Shown: piece by piece, positions 10,935 to 23,760 of the stretch
Layout of the letters: each line of letters starts with the position of its first letter
Position numbering within the stretch: position 1 is the stretch's first letter
Source of the DNA: Octopus bimaculoides
Taxonomy: Eukaryota
Direction of reading: 5' to 3'
DNA length: 42,316 nt
NCBI RefSeq assembly: GCF_001194135.2
Contig: NC_068986.1
Location: 110,338,452-110,380,767, forward strand
Made by a program: the position numbers and the translations under genes
Notes under the pieces: generated by a model
Told to the model about the DNA's origin: nothing
The model's input: the letters and a program-made list of their open reading frames with translations, nothing else
Databases searched by the model: none

Positions 10935-12270
10935 CTATCGTGGCTGTTACGTTGCAAAAATCCTTGCGATATGTGAAAATCCACGAAGTAGAAAAAGTAC
11001 TGTACTGTATATTTTTTAAAGTTATTTTTATAATTTGTATATATTTATTTTATTATAAATGCAAAACAAAACCATGGAGGAATCGACGGAAGCTTAAATA
11101 ATAAACCACGATAGGTGACGGGCTATATGGCGAGGGAGCGATGTGTATATATATGCGTGTATAATTATATGAACAGTGATCAAAACGGACTTTGGGTACG
11201 ATGTATATATGTTCATACATAGGCATTGATATGTGAATATATATGTTTGTGTGTGTGTGTGTGTGTAACCGATAAATATGATAGTGTCTTGTTAAGATAC
11301 TTAATAATGCATCCAGTGCATTGTTCATAAGAAATATTAACGGGACGCTAAAGTACAAGACATGTTATTCGGAAATGTTGCTATGAAGTCTGAAATATAA
11401 CCCTAATTCATATCAACGATAGATTTAATCACTGATAGTGTGCAACCATTCAACAGATTGGGTTGGTACTAATAATTTATGTCTTGTGGATTTATATATC
11501 TATAAACTGAATTCGTAGATTGAAGATATTTAGAATTTTAGATACTTTGACATTTAGGGTGGCATTAAATTGTTTCTTTCTGATATTTTAGTCTTTACTT
11601 GATAATATACTTCGTGCATTGCTGCCATTAAATTACAACGTTGCAAACTATGTTCTGCAGTTTGCATACAGACGCAACCACGGACACACACACACACACA
11701 CACACAGACACACACGCACAAATTACAGACATACACATATGTAAAATGTGTGTATTTATGTATCAATGTTTATTTATCATGTGTGTATATTTGTGAACTT
11801 AATAAGTATATGCACAAACACATGCCTCTATACAGAAATGTATTCATATTCAAATATACATGCTTCGGTTACTGTCTATAAATTCAAAGCGAGACACACA
11901 CATATACAACTATATAAGTATACACATATGTGTGTGTGTGTGTGTGTGTGTGTGTTTGAACATGAATTAAACTTTTATGTTTAAGATGAATAGCAAATGG
12001 CTGCCTAATGAAAATAACGACAATGTCATATCGTAAAAGGTACATTTCAGAATCTGAGATTGCACGCTATCAAACTAATTGCTCGATAGAGTTCATGCGA
12101 CCTCGTAGCTCGTAATCGACTTCATATTTTACGATATAGTAATTCATATCAATGAAACTTATAGATCTGAAAAAAAAAGAGGATAAATATATTGCAGTGT
12201 TATGAATTTTAGAAATAATATCCGCACACAGGTTCACCGAGAAGGAGGCCCTACCGTTTCAAATGTGCTA

Positions 12271-12367
12271 TAAGGCTGCTTACCCGGTTTCCATGGTGTA
12301 TGAATGACCAGGGTTACAACGCCCCCACCGAACAGTACGCCAGACCATACCAGTTTTACTCATTTTC
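12271..12367 (-). mobile_element. SINE 3' portion, probably partner of 12755-12895
   Basis: TACCCGGTTTCCATGGTGTA...ACAACGCCCCC...ACTCATTTT resembles the CORE-SINE tail I recall for this lineage. Confidence 0.4.
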
Positions 12368-12434
12368 ATAATTGAAAAAAGAGGAAACTAAGAGAAGTAA
12401 CAGGAGTCGCCAGTTGCATGTATTTCGATAACGG

Positions 12435-12750
12435 ACAAATACAGGTATATAAAATACAATACAATATAAACACTTCTTGGACCATTGGTGATAAGGTCGA
12501 ACAACTATGATGTTGTGGACTGCCTTTGGACCATGGACCCGTGTCCACCACAGTCCGCTTACCCCAGACAATAAACCGGTCCATTTACTTCATGGCGTGC
12601 TGATGTTAGAAGTTTTGATTGATGGAAATATTTCCCTTGTCCAGTAGATCTGGTCTTAATTGTCATTTGGTAATTACGATACATTTTCAAGATATACCTT
12701 TAATAAATCAAGAATTTATTTTGTGTGATATTTGATATACCTGTATTTGT
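12435..12750. mobile_element. Candidate MITE with 16-bp perfect terminal inverted repeats
   Basis: ACAAATACAGGTATAT (12435-12450) is the exact reverse complement of ATATACCTGTATTTGT (12735-12750). The ends can also be read as TA|CAGG...CCTG|TA. Confidence 0.5.
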
Positions 12751-12754
12751 AAAT

Positions 12755-12895
12755 GTATCTCATTTACACTTCAGTGAATGAGAGCAACATGAAGTGAAAT
12801 GAACTCTTTTGATCAAGAACACAAAACACTCTCCAGTCCAGGTATTTAAACCACAATCTCTCGATCGTGAGTGCAACACACTAAACCCCACTCTA
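12755..12895 (-). mobile_element. CORE-SINE 5' portion (tRNA-derived head)
   Basis: The plus strand GAGCAACATGAAGTG...GATCAAGAACACAA...GATCGTGAGTG...CTAAACC is the reverse of a tRNA head plus TTGTGTTCTTGA CORE block, as seen at 22731. Confidence 0.6.
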
Positions 12896-12999
12896 CCAGC
12901 ATTCATCCTACCGTTTCATGCAGCACTTGGTACTTAAAAAAATCAATGTAGATATTACAATTCGTACATCGAATATTAGTTTTTTTTTCTCTCTGCTGG

Positions 13000-13675
13000 A
13001 CATTATCTATGCTATATTTTACTGGTTGTATGCCATCGACTTTATATATGGATGCTCTGTGACATTCGCTGATTAAAATATGTTGCCAAAATTATTTGAT
13101 GTTATGGCATCTGCAAATGTTTTCATTCTGTACAGATGTGGAATTTTGTGATGGTGGCTTTTAGGTTTCGAACTAAACATCCTTCACCGTATGACATCTG
13201 GCGCGGAATTTCCCATATATATGGATGGATATATATGTATGTGCGTCTTACATTGACCAATGCCGGGCATCAGGCATTCTAGGAATATATTCACTGCACT
13301 TGTTGAGCCTCAATCTCAGCACTCACAGCGTGACCATGTGGAATATGCTCGAAGTACAGCATAGCCTCAAAATTCCATGGAACACATGCTACCACCTTTC
13401 GTTCACACCATTTTTGTGTGTCAGCACGTTCTGAAGCCTGACCGGATCGAAGACACTGATTTGTCTTATTAGGTTTACCAAAAATAGATCCATTTTCCCA
13501 GTTACAATTCGACGCTGAAAACGGAGAACTTGAGGATATTTTTGGATGTAAAGAATAAACAATTTAGAAATGATTGGTGTACAAGATCGTGTACAAGTTA
13601 ATGCTGGAACATAGAGATACCAGGTGCCAAAAATCATCCTTGTGAAAAGCTGTGAAAAACTTTTGAGTCGACCCC

Positions 13676-13678
<3 letters not shown>
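13000..13678 (-). mobile_element. mariner (DD34D-type) transposase remnant
   Basis: Minus strand gives RFQRRIVTG--KWIYF (DE codons of TGDEKW deleted), RKVVACVPWNFEAMLYFEHIPHGHAVSAE, PALVN, and weaker WEIP and RW motifs downstream. The 5' part runs into (TA)n and the 13720-14358 gap. Confidence 0.75.
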
Positions 13679-13719
<41 letters not shown>

Positions 13720-14364
13720 NNNNNNNNNNNNNNNNNNNNNNNNNNNNNNNNNNNNNNNNNNNNNNNNNNNNNNNNNNNNNNNNNNNNNNNNNNNNNNNNN
13801 NNNNNNNNNNNNNNNNNNNNNNNNNNNNNNNNNNNNNNNNNNNNNNNNNNNNNNNNNNNNNNNNNNNNNNNNNNNNNNNNNNNNNNNNNNNNNNNNNNNN
13901 NNNNNNNNNNNNNNNNNNNNNNNNNNNNNNNNNNNNNNNNNNNNNNNNNNNNNNNNNNNNNNNNNNNNNNNNNNNNNNNNNNNNNNNNNNNNNNNNNNNN
14001 NNNNNNNNNNNNNNNNNNNNNNNNNNNNNNNNNNNNNNNNNNNNNNNNNNNNNNNNNNNNNNNNNNNNNNNNNNNNNNNNNNNNNNNNNNNNNNNNNNNN
14101 NNNNNNNNNNNNNNNNNNNNNNNNNNNNNNNNNNNNNNNNNNNNNNNNNNNNNNNNNNNNNNNNNNNNNNNNNNNNNNNNNNNNNNNNNNNNNNNNNNNN
14201 NNNNNNNNNNNNNNNNNNNNNNNNNNNNNNNNNNNNNNNNNNNNNNNNNNNNNNNNNNNNNNNNNNNNNNNNNNNNNNNNNNNNNNNNNNNNNNNNNNNN
14301 NNNNNNNNNNNNNNNNNNNNNNNNNNNNNNNNNNNNNNNNNNNNNNNNNNNNNNNNNNTTATAT

Positions 14365-14740
14365 ATGAGGAAAAATAGATGGAAATAGATGTTAGTGAGA
14401 GAAAAGAGACAATGGAAAACGTATGGAGAGATGATAATGCCAAAGTGAGGTGTAGACTCTGTAGGTGGGAGAGGGAGAGAGAGAAAATGAGCGACAGAAA
14501 GCGCGAGAGAGAGAGAGAGGAAGAGAGAGTGAAAGAGAGGGGAGAGAGAGAGAGAGTCGTGGTATTTTATAGTGAGATGATAATATTAAAAGGAGTGACA
14601 TAAGTGTGTGCATGATGCATGTGTGAGTGTGTGTATGTGTTTGTGTATATGTCTATGTGTGTGTTTATGGCTGCGTTCATGTGGGAAGGAGACAGTATGA
14701 GAGAATGATTAGGTCGAAATGAATATGAAAGAATTAGAGT

Positions 14741-14793
<53 letters not shown>

Positions 14794-14990
14794 GCGATAA
14801 TAAATAAAGTGGTAAATAAAGAGAAAGGAAGAGAGTGAGGGGATAAAGGTGTAATAAGGATAGGAAGCTGTAGGAGGAGGAGGAAGAGGAGAGAAATGTG
14901 AATGAAGATATTTGGCAAAGAGATGTAAAATATAAAAATAAGTATCAAATAAATGGAAAGAATATAAATATATATATATGTATATATAGC

Positions 14991-15028
<38 letters not shown>

Positions 15029-15110
15029 AAGGAGAGAAGGAGAGAGAGAGAGAAATGGTCGGAACCATTTAGAAGGTGGATAATGGAAGGTGTTAAAAAT
15101 CAGTAGAACA
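14365..15110 (+). repeat. Purine-rich (GA) low-complexity tract with (GA)n cores
   Basis: Direct inspection. Confidence 0.85.
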
Positions 15111-15756
15111 TTTTCTGGCAAAGCAACTCTGCCTGGCAGGCATTTGCATTCATTTTAATATACGTTATTCTAGCAAAAGAGAGGAAGAAAAAAATGAACA
15201 GAAAGCCTAATAAATGTACATAAAAAAATAAGAGAAATAATCATCAAAAACGTAGAAAATAGAAGAAGAAAAAGCAGAAGGAAAAATGCTGCGCTTGTTT
15301 GACGTTCTTAAGTGAATTTTCGTCGAGTGTAGCACATCGTGACAGGAGGAAATGGTATACAGAAGTTTCTGGATGTCTTAAACAAGAAACAGCAGTGATA
15401 GAAGACAATCACAGAATACGTTTGAGCCCCGGAGATATACAAAAATCAACATGATCGCAGCGGCTATAAAATTGTCACCCTGCGGGTGGGTGGGCTGCTT
15501 AGTGAATATATATTTTTTGCCCTTCATTTAATTCACTTTTTGGATCAAACAGCAACGATCATTGAAAGGCGTGCAGCGTTATTTGATACGACTTTGCTCT
15601 CTTCCTTCTTTCTTTTCTTTCTTTCCGATTTTATTATTTTTCTTTGTGTGTGTGTGTGTGTGTATACACATACACACACGCACACATACACATATATATA
15701 TGTATATGTATATTTATATGTATATATAAATACATAAATATATATATATATACATG

Positions 15757-15799
<43 letters not shown>

Positions 15800-17554
15800 G
15801 CATACACACACATACACACACACACATACAATATATATATATATATTCCTTCATTCATACACATACACACTCGCACACACACACACGCACATGTATAATT
15901 ACCCACGCATATTATATATATATATAACTTTTTCTTTCTCTCCTTCCTTTCTCCACTCCCCCCTCTCTCTCTGTCTCTCCCTCTGGTTCTTTGTAGACTA
16001 AGAAGTCTTTTATTTAAGAACAAGAAAGGATTATAAATATGTCAGTTCTAAATAAATACATATTGGTCGTGCACCATATTGCGAAATATTCTCACACTGT
16101 TAAAAAAGAAACGTACAAAGAATGAATTTGGACCAAAAGAATTCCAATGTAAAAAAAAATTATATATCAGAAACACACAAAATGGAAGAAAAAGAAACAC
16201 ATCTATTTTGCGAAACAGCATGAAAGGACATGACGAGTAATCATGAAGTGAAAATCCTATTGAAAATACTGAAGAATCAGCTAAAAGTATCATAGAATTT
16301 ACACAAACGGTTAAAAATAACACAAAGAAAACCAATAAAGAAAGATGATATGACGTACTTAGGTCATGTTGATTCTAATGAAACCTGCTGTTGGGTTTCT
16401 CTCGGGCAAAGACCCAAACATTGATTTGGATATTTCTGATAACAAATTGCATATTTGAAAGTCTCCTGGCGTTATTCCGTTTCCAGTCTTAATATTTGAA
16501 ACAGTGTCTTCCAGTTGTTAGTCTTTAATAGTTTCTCGTCAGCCCTGATCAAGGAGACGCTCTCACACTGTCGTCGGAGTCGTGGCCATCTCTACAATTT
16601 AGTATATTAGTTTCTACATTAACTTCTTTATTGAAGTCAATGTGTGATTTCATTTTTGTTTAACTGAACTCTAATTGTTAGAAAGTTTAGGGTCCGTGTA
16701 GAGGCTTTCTTGTTTGCTCCAGGTCTGTTAGTGTAGAGAGGAAAAATGAAATAAGATAGCTAGTGGATTCTTTCTAGGAATTTAAGACAACAAACAATAT
16801 TAGGCTTATTCCTGCTTGACGTTTATTTATATCAAGGGAAAAACAGACGTTTGGCGATTTTCAAGGTCACCAGATTCCGTTCGCAACCTCATGACGCATA
16901 TATCTGTGTATGTGTAGATTAAAACATCTTTATGCTTGTTCAGACCCGGGACCTGCGTAATTTGCTGCTAACTTAGCACTTTTGTATGGAGTGCTAGTCA
17001 GAGTGCTAGTAAAATCTACCATGCTAAGACCTAATGTTGTTTCTCGGCGATGTTACAACAGTGTATTTTGTTGATGTAGATGCCTTGTCCTGCCGTGGAG
17101 AAGATGTTTTGATTTTTATTTTGGATATTGTTCGAGTAAGTAAAACAAAAGGTGGAATCTAATACGATAGTTTGTGTTTTCGGACATCTCCCTGACGAAT
17201 TGAAAGAGAACGGCCTTACGTGCTTTTGTAATCATGGCCAAAGGTCACGAATGTAAAGTTGTCGGTTGGCAATTGTTCACTGAAACCTCAGAACGGAAAA
17301 AAAATTCTTTTCTGTACGTATTGCACATGCTGTAAACTGAAAAGAATCATGTGATATGAAGAAGGTACTTTTAGAAAGGGTTGAATATCAGAAATATAAG
17401 CGAATATAAGTGGAGATCAGGGTTGCTGGAGATTACCTAAGGAGTGTTCGGGATATGCACTGTGAGGTGATTTTGGTTGGATTTAGATTTGTAGTAAAAT
17501 TTGAAGGCATCAAAAAAGCGGTGGTTGCATCCTTAGCTCTTTTGGATGCCAATA

Positions 17555-17620
<66 letters not shown>

Positions 17621-17798
17621 GGATCAGAACAATTTGATTAAAATTCATTGGAACTCCGAGAAGTTCAAGCGTGATGGTAATCTTCATCCATTTAGAATTT
17701 GAATGAAGGTTGATCGTTATTACCATAAGGTGGGGCTGCGATTGGTAGAGAAAGGTCACATGGTGTCGTGGTTTGATATTAGTATAATAGTATATCTA

Positions 17799-18028
17799 TT
17801 TCTTTATGGCCCACAGGGGGCTAAACATAGAGGGGACAAACAAAGACGGACAAAGGGATTAAATCGATTACATCGACTCCAGTGCGTAACTGGTTCTTAT
17901 TTAATCAACCCCGAGAGAACGAAAGGCAAAGTCAACTTCGGTGGAATTCGAACTCAGAAATTAACGGCTGACGAAATAAATAACGCTAGGCAATTCGCCC
18001 GGCGTGCTAACGATCCTGCCACTTCGCC
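17799..18028 (-). mobile_element. Near-full-length tRNA-derived SINE (family 1)
   Basis: Minus strand reads GGCGAAGTGGCAGGATCGTTAGCACGCCGGGCG (A box), GAGTTCGAATTCC (B box), GACTTTGCCTTTC..CGGGGTTGAT, with an A-rich end. It resembles 39494-39724. Confidence 0.9.
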
Positions 18029-18707
18029 AATATAACGGCCATATAGTTCGGGAGTGGGACCAGTTAAACTTGAGAATATTTGGGCCTCAACGTCGCCAAC
18101 GAACAAGTTCGCATAGTTGAGGACCATTCTCGTTCCCATGTACACCTCCGAGAAGTGCTGGTAGAAATCACCAGCGAACGAGAAGCAGTTTAGTGAGAGG
18201 ACAAGTTCGGCCAGACGAACGAGTGTAGATGTATCGGGTTGGGGATTGGGTCGAAGGTTAACGAAATATTGGAGTGCACGCCGCCCCTCGTGGTGAGGGA
18301 TCACCGTGTAAAGGGTCTGGATGTCTCGAGTGTAAAGAAAAGTTTAGAGGGGCCAGGAAGGAAGGAGAAGAGTTGAAGAAACGAAGCGCGTGGTTGGTGT
18401 CATGGATGTGAGAGGGGAGGGAAGACACTAGGGGGTACAAGGACATGGTCAAGCTATCTGGAGATGAATTCGGTGGGGCAGTTGCAGGCGGAGACTATGG
18501 GGCGGCCAGGGTTGTTAGGTTTGTAGATTTTGGGCAGGAAGTAAATAGTGGGGGTGCGAGGGATGCGCACAATGAGGTTGGAGGCGTTGGGGGGGGGGTA
18601 GAGAGGAGGAGATGAGGTCAGGGATAGTGGAGGACACAGTCTGCTGGTAGCTGGACGTGGGTTCAGAGGGCAGAGGTCAGTAGCAAGAGGTGTCTTGAAG
18701 TTGGCGG
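18029..18707 (-). pseudogene. Penelope-like element reverse transcriptase fragment
   Basis: Minus strand gives PRTPTIYFLPKIYKPNNPGRPIVSACNCPTE, DTNHAL, DIQTLYTVIPHHEG, LAELVLSLNCFSF, MGTRMVLNYANLFVG and LYGRYI, which are Penelope RT motifs 1 to 5. It has stops and frameshifts. Confidence 0.92.
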
Positions 18708-19739
18708 ATATATATATATATATATATATANNNNNNNNNNNNNNNNNNNNNNNNNNNNNNNNNNNNNNNNNNNNNNNNNNNNNNNNNNNNNNNNNNNNNN
18801 NNNNNNNNNNNNNNNNNNNNNNNNNNNNNNNNNNNNNNNNNNNNNNNNNNNNNNNNNNNNNNNNNNNNNNNNNNNNNNNNNNNNNNNNNNNNNNNNNNNN
18901 NNNNNNNNNNNNNNNNNNNNNNNNNNNNNNNNNNNNNNNNNNNNNNNNNNNNNNNNNNNNNNNNNNNNNNNNNNNNNNNNNNNNNNNNNNNNNNNNNNNN
19001 NNNNNNNNNNNNNNNNNNNNNNNNNNNNNNNNNNNNNNNNNNNNNNNNNNNNNNNNNNNNNNNNNNNNNNNNNNNNNNNNNNNNNTATATATATATATAT
19101 ATGAAGGTATGCAAGTACAATTTAAACTGTGAGCTTTTCATTGAAGAAGAGTCCCAGAGTGAAATATATATATATTTTGTTTGACTCAAGATTTCACTAT
19201 TTTTATATTCCATGGGGCCCGGGCATGTTCCAATAAAGCAGTCTCCCTAACACCAGGAATATATATGTAGGTAATATACATATGCATATTGCAGCATAAT
19301 GTCCCCTAATCTCCAAGCTTCTAATTCATTTGAGATAGAATGAACGAAAGAAAAGAGAAAACTGGCCTTCATAGATATGAACAGATAATATTTCTTAATT
19401 TGATGGTGCTTCTTGTTTTATTTTTAGACTCATCACATCAGTCCCTTCCAGACATCCGATGTCAGAATAAAACAGAATACTGGTCACAGTCGCCAATATA
19501 TATCTCAAAAAAGAACAAAAAGCCTAAAAACAACTGCACTAGTTTTCTCTGTGTGTCTTCCTCTCAGACGCAGGACAAGGCCTGCTGCAAATGTCAGACT
19601 TCACACGCCTCAAGCAAGTGAACTTATCGAACTGTTCTGGATGTTAACTCTTCTGGGTATTGTTTGGACTCAGCCCGTCTACTTCGGATTTGATACACTG
19701 CTTATAGACACAACACTCTATAGGGCTTCCAGCTGATAC

Positions 19740-20497
19740 TTCTTCTCCCCTTCTTCACCTCTTCTCTTCTGGGATTCTCACAATATCTTCACTATTCTGT
19801 AATAATTTAAACTCGCTATTTTTTGTCTTACTTTCCTAATTCTACCCCTTCTTGTCGCTCCCTCGCTATTTCCATTCTTGATAATACTCTTTCGCGTTTA
19901 TTGATTTCCTTCTTTCCTTTCATTTTCCTGTATTTCTTTCTCTTTCTCTTTCTTCCTCCCTTTCTTTCGTTTTTCTTACTTTCTTAATTTTCTCTTCATT
20001 TAGCCTATCATTTTTTACTTCCTTCTTTATCCCCTCCACCCAACCGCTCCCTCATATTTTCCATTTCCATTTAATCTAACCCATCAGCTCCCCCCACTTT
20101 CTCTCTCTCTGTTTATCATACGCTCTTATTTTCTCTCTTTCTCTTCCATTCCTTTCTGCTCCGTCAATTATCAAATCTCAATTCTCATTCACTTCTCTAT
20201 CACTTCAACATCACTTCATCTCTGCTACTCCTCCTTCCACTTAAACACACTTCTCCCTCTCACCCTTTCTATTCATGACTTCCTCTCACGTTCTCTCCTT
20301 CCTTTCCTTTCCCTCTTCTGTCTGTCTGTCTCTCTCTCTCTCTAACTCCTCCATCTCTCCTTCTCACTGAGTTTCTCTCACTTTTCCTCTTCGGCTCTCT
20401 TCCTATAGTCAGCACTTAGCTTGTTTCACTCACTATCTCTTTTCATCTCTCTCTCTCTCTCTCTCTCTCTCATTTCATTTCTTTCTCTCTCTCACTT

Positions 20498-20553
<56 letters not shown>

Positions 20554-20930
20554 AGTAGCTATATGTCAGTCTGTTCTGCCTCTCTCTCTCTCTCTCTCTC
20601 TCCCTCCACCAACTCTCTATTTACATATGTATTAGTGTGTGTGTGTATGTGTGTTTATATATCCATCTGTCTATTAGACTGTGACTATATATCGTCCTTT
20701 TCTGCTTCATCGATTACCGCTGCTCACCGCCCTCACTACCTCCCCCGACCTCATCGCCCTCATATAACCCTCACAAAACCTCATCCCTCTCACCACCATC
20801 GCTTCCCTCGCCACCCTTTCCAAACTCACCAATCTTGACCCTTCCCTACCACATCATTTCTCACAATTTCTTTCCACCAGACACTCTCCCACTTCGTCTT
20901 TTCTCTCTCTCTCTCCCTCTCTCGCTTCTA
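19740..20930 (+). repeat. About 1.2-kb pyrimidine-rich tract with (CT)n and (TATC)n cores
   Basis: Direct inspection. Confidence 0.85.
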
Positions 20931-21077
20931 AATCTGTGTAATTCTTTATATTTTCTGTCACTCTGCCAGGAAGCTGCTCTATCAGTCGACCAAAATAGAT
21001 GCAGACATAGTTTATTCCAACACAAAACTGTAATCTTATGTCTTGAGGCGAATAACGTGGACGTTAGTACCATCGAT

Positions 21078-21225
21078 TTCTTCTTCTTCTTCTTCTTCTT
21101 CTTCTTCTTCTTCTTCTTCTTCTTCTTCTTTTTCTTCTTCTTTTTCTTCTTCTTTTTCTTCTTCTTTTTCTTCTTCTTCTTCTTCTTCTTCTTCTTCTTC
21201 TTCTTCTTCTTCTTCTTCTTCTTCT

Positions 21226-21272
<47 letters not shown>

Positions 21273-21273
21273 T
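21078..21273. repeat. (TTC)n tract of about 195 bp
   Basis: Direct inspection. It is the source of the poly-F/K/S/R ORFs in the track. Confidence 0.98.
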
Positions 21274-21523
21274 TTTCATTCTGCTGTTTTCTCTCATAGT
21301 CTCTCTCTTGATTTCCATTATTAAACGAGAATGATAACAGAAAGAACACTTCAATGGGAATCTATCTATCTATCTATCTATCTATCTATATACATACATA
21401 CATAACTATATCTGTGTGAGGAAGAATGAATGTATGTATGTATATGCATATGTGTATATACAGAGGTATGTATATATATACATATATATATATAATGTAT
21501 ATATATAAGCGTAGATATATACG

Positions 21524-21619
<96 letters not shown>

Positions 21620-22730
21620 TGTATATCATTTATGATATTATTAGAATGTATATATCTATATATGTATCTATCTATATACATCCATACATACAAACATATC
21701 TACATACTTACAAGCTTACATACATACGTACATACATTACGTGCATGCATACATCCATACAAACATATACATTAAGTGCCACAATAAATAATTTGGGCAA
21801 GTTTTGGGCTCTACACACCCCATTCTAAAGGGACGCATGAAAGTTGCCAAAATAAACCGGATTCTCTACTGGGACATTTTCCGCTCTTAAGTTTTTTTGT
21901 TTTCTTTATTCTTTGTTTTCCTGTTATTTGACCGTTCACAACAATTTTATCATATACTGAAAATTGATCCTATATGGGCTGGAGGGGAAGTCAACAAATG
22001 AACAAATATATAATATATGAAAAAAAAAAAAATAAAGTTCAAGTTCAGAATAAACACATGAAAAACACATCAGATTTTCTGTCAGTTATTTCATAAAACG
22101 CACACATACACTTACACTCATTCAAACCTTCTCACACCCACACACACATTCGAGAGAAATATGTTACTTTTCTGTGTTGTTTCAGCTGGTGAAAGACCAT
22201 CTATCAAGTTTTGTTGTTGATTTTGTTTCTCTTAAGGTCAACCGTGATTGAGCACAATTAGATCAAAGGCGTTCACCCTGCAGTCACCCCGTCTTTTATT
22301 CAGGTAGAATGAATTTGGAAGTACATTATCCGTTCAATGTCCTTTCTCCTTTCCCCCGTCAACATTTTCTTTCATTTTTTTTTCTTTTGAAGTCGCTAAG
22401 ATTTGATTGGAGAAAGATTCTCTCAGGACAAGCGACCACATAGAAGCAATGCCTCTAGTTTTAAGGGTAACTGTCTCATAGGAATGGTTGCCCGGACTCT
22501 CAAGTGGAAAAGCAACCAAGATTACATTTTCACGGGAAAAGGATGCCAGTCCTTTGTAGGATAACTCATTTACATTCGAGTAGAATGGTCTAATGCAGAA
22601 GGAAATATTTTGCACAAGGACACAGAACACCGTTTGACCTGACAAGCGAAACCTTGATGTCATGATCGTAAGTGCACCACCCTGATCTCTAGGATACGCG
22701 CCTCCATGAAAAGAGTTTCATCAAAATTAA

Positions 22731-22916
22731 ATCTAGAGCATCGGGCACGCATTCATGAGTTAGTTAGTTCGATTCCCGGACCGGGCTATATGTTGTGTTC
22801 TTCAGCAAAATACTCTCTTTCACATTGCTCCAGTTCAATCAGCTGTAGAAATGATTTGCTACATCACTTGTGCCTAGCTGTATCGGCCCCTTTGCCTTTC
22901 CCTTGGAAAACATCAG
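22731..22916 (+). mobile_element. CORE-type tRNA-derived SINE
   Basis: B box AGTTCGATTCCCGG, CORE-like TTGTGTTCTTCAGCAAAATAC..TTTCACATTGCTCCAG..TCAGCTGTAGAAATGA, tail GCTGTATCGGCC..TTTGCCTTTCCCTTGG. Confidence 0.8.
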
Positions 22917-23685
22917 AAAAAATATATTGGAGACAATAAGGTATGATTTGAAATAAGTTGGTTGCTGTTTGCAGTCGGTTACATAAAAACGTAGAAGCTG
23001 AGATACAAGGTAAAAAAAAATGCTGAGTTGTCAGTCCAGAAGTTAAGCACATTGTTAACTCTGGCAAGTTATCTTATCAAATACAATGCCTTTTTTTAAA
23101 AGCAAAAACAAAGACTAAAACAATCTCACCTCATATATATTCCTTAAATATTTAGTTTTCTTGAAATTTATGATTAAATACTGCAAGATATGACAATTCT
23201 GTTCACCAGAGAATAGACGCAATTATGTGCTATTATCAATAAATATTTAAACATTTTCTTCTTTACGGTGTTTGACAAATTTCAGCTTTGTTTGTCAAAT
23301 TGGTGATCGCTCGTGTGTAATGATCATTAAAAACATTTTTTTTTGTTTTATTCTATAATTTCGAAATTTTGTTTATTCTGTCTGCTATCTAAAAATTCCC
23401 AAATTAAGTTATAAAACGAGTTTCAAATTAAATAACTGTATGTTTGAGCGTGTTTTGTGAATGTCTGCCTGCTTGTTACTGTGTATGTGTGCGTGCGCGT
23501 GAAAATGACTGTTTGCGTATGTCCTTGTGTTGTATAATAGAACTTGCATACGCGACCTGTTTCTCTATTTCATCGTTAAATTCGAAGACGGTTTGGAATT
23601 TCGAATAAGCGATAAAACGAAGTGCAGCTTGTGTTGGTAAGAACACACATGCACACACACACACACTCTCTCACTCTCTCTATCT

Positions 23686-23760
<75 letters not shown>

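Noticed and set aside
13660-13680. Mariner TIR-like TACGGGGTCGACTCAAAAG at the gap edge
   Set aside because: It lies only about 40 bp from the WVPH-like region, so it is more likely truncated coding sequence than a true terminus.
15465-15503. TATAAAA with an Inr-like TTAGT
   Set aside because: Spacing is 36 nt rather than about 30, and no downstream exon is supported.
19428-19736. Open frame of about 100 codons after a TTTTTAG acceptor
   Set aside because: No recognisable motif and no matching donor or partner exon.
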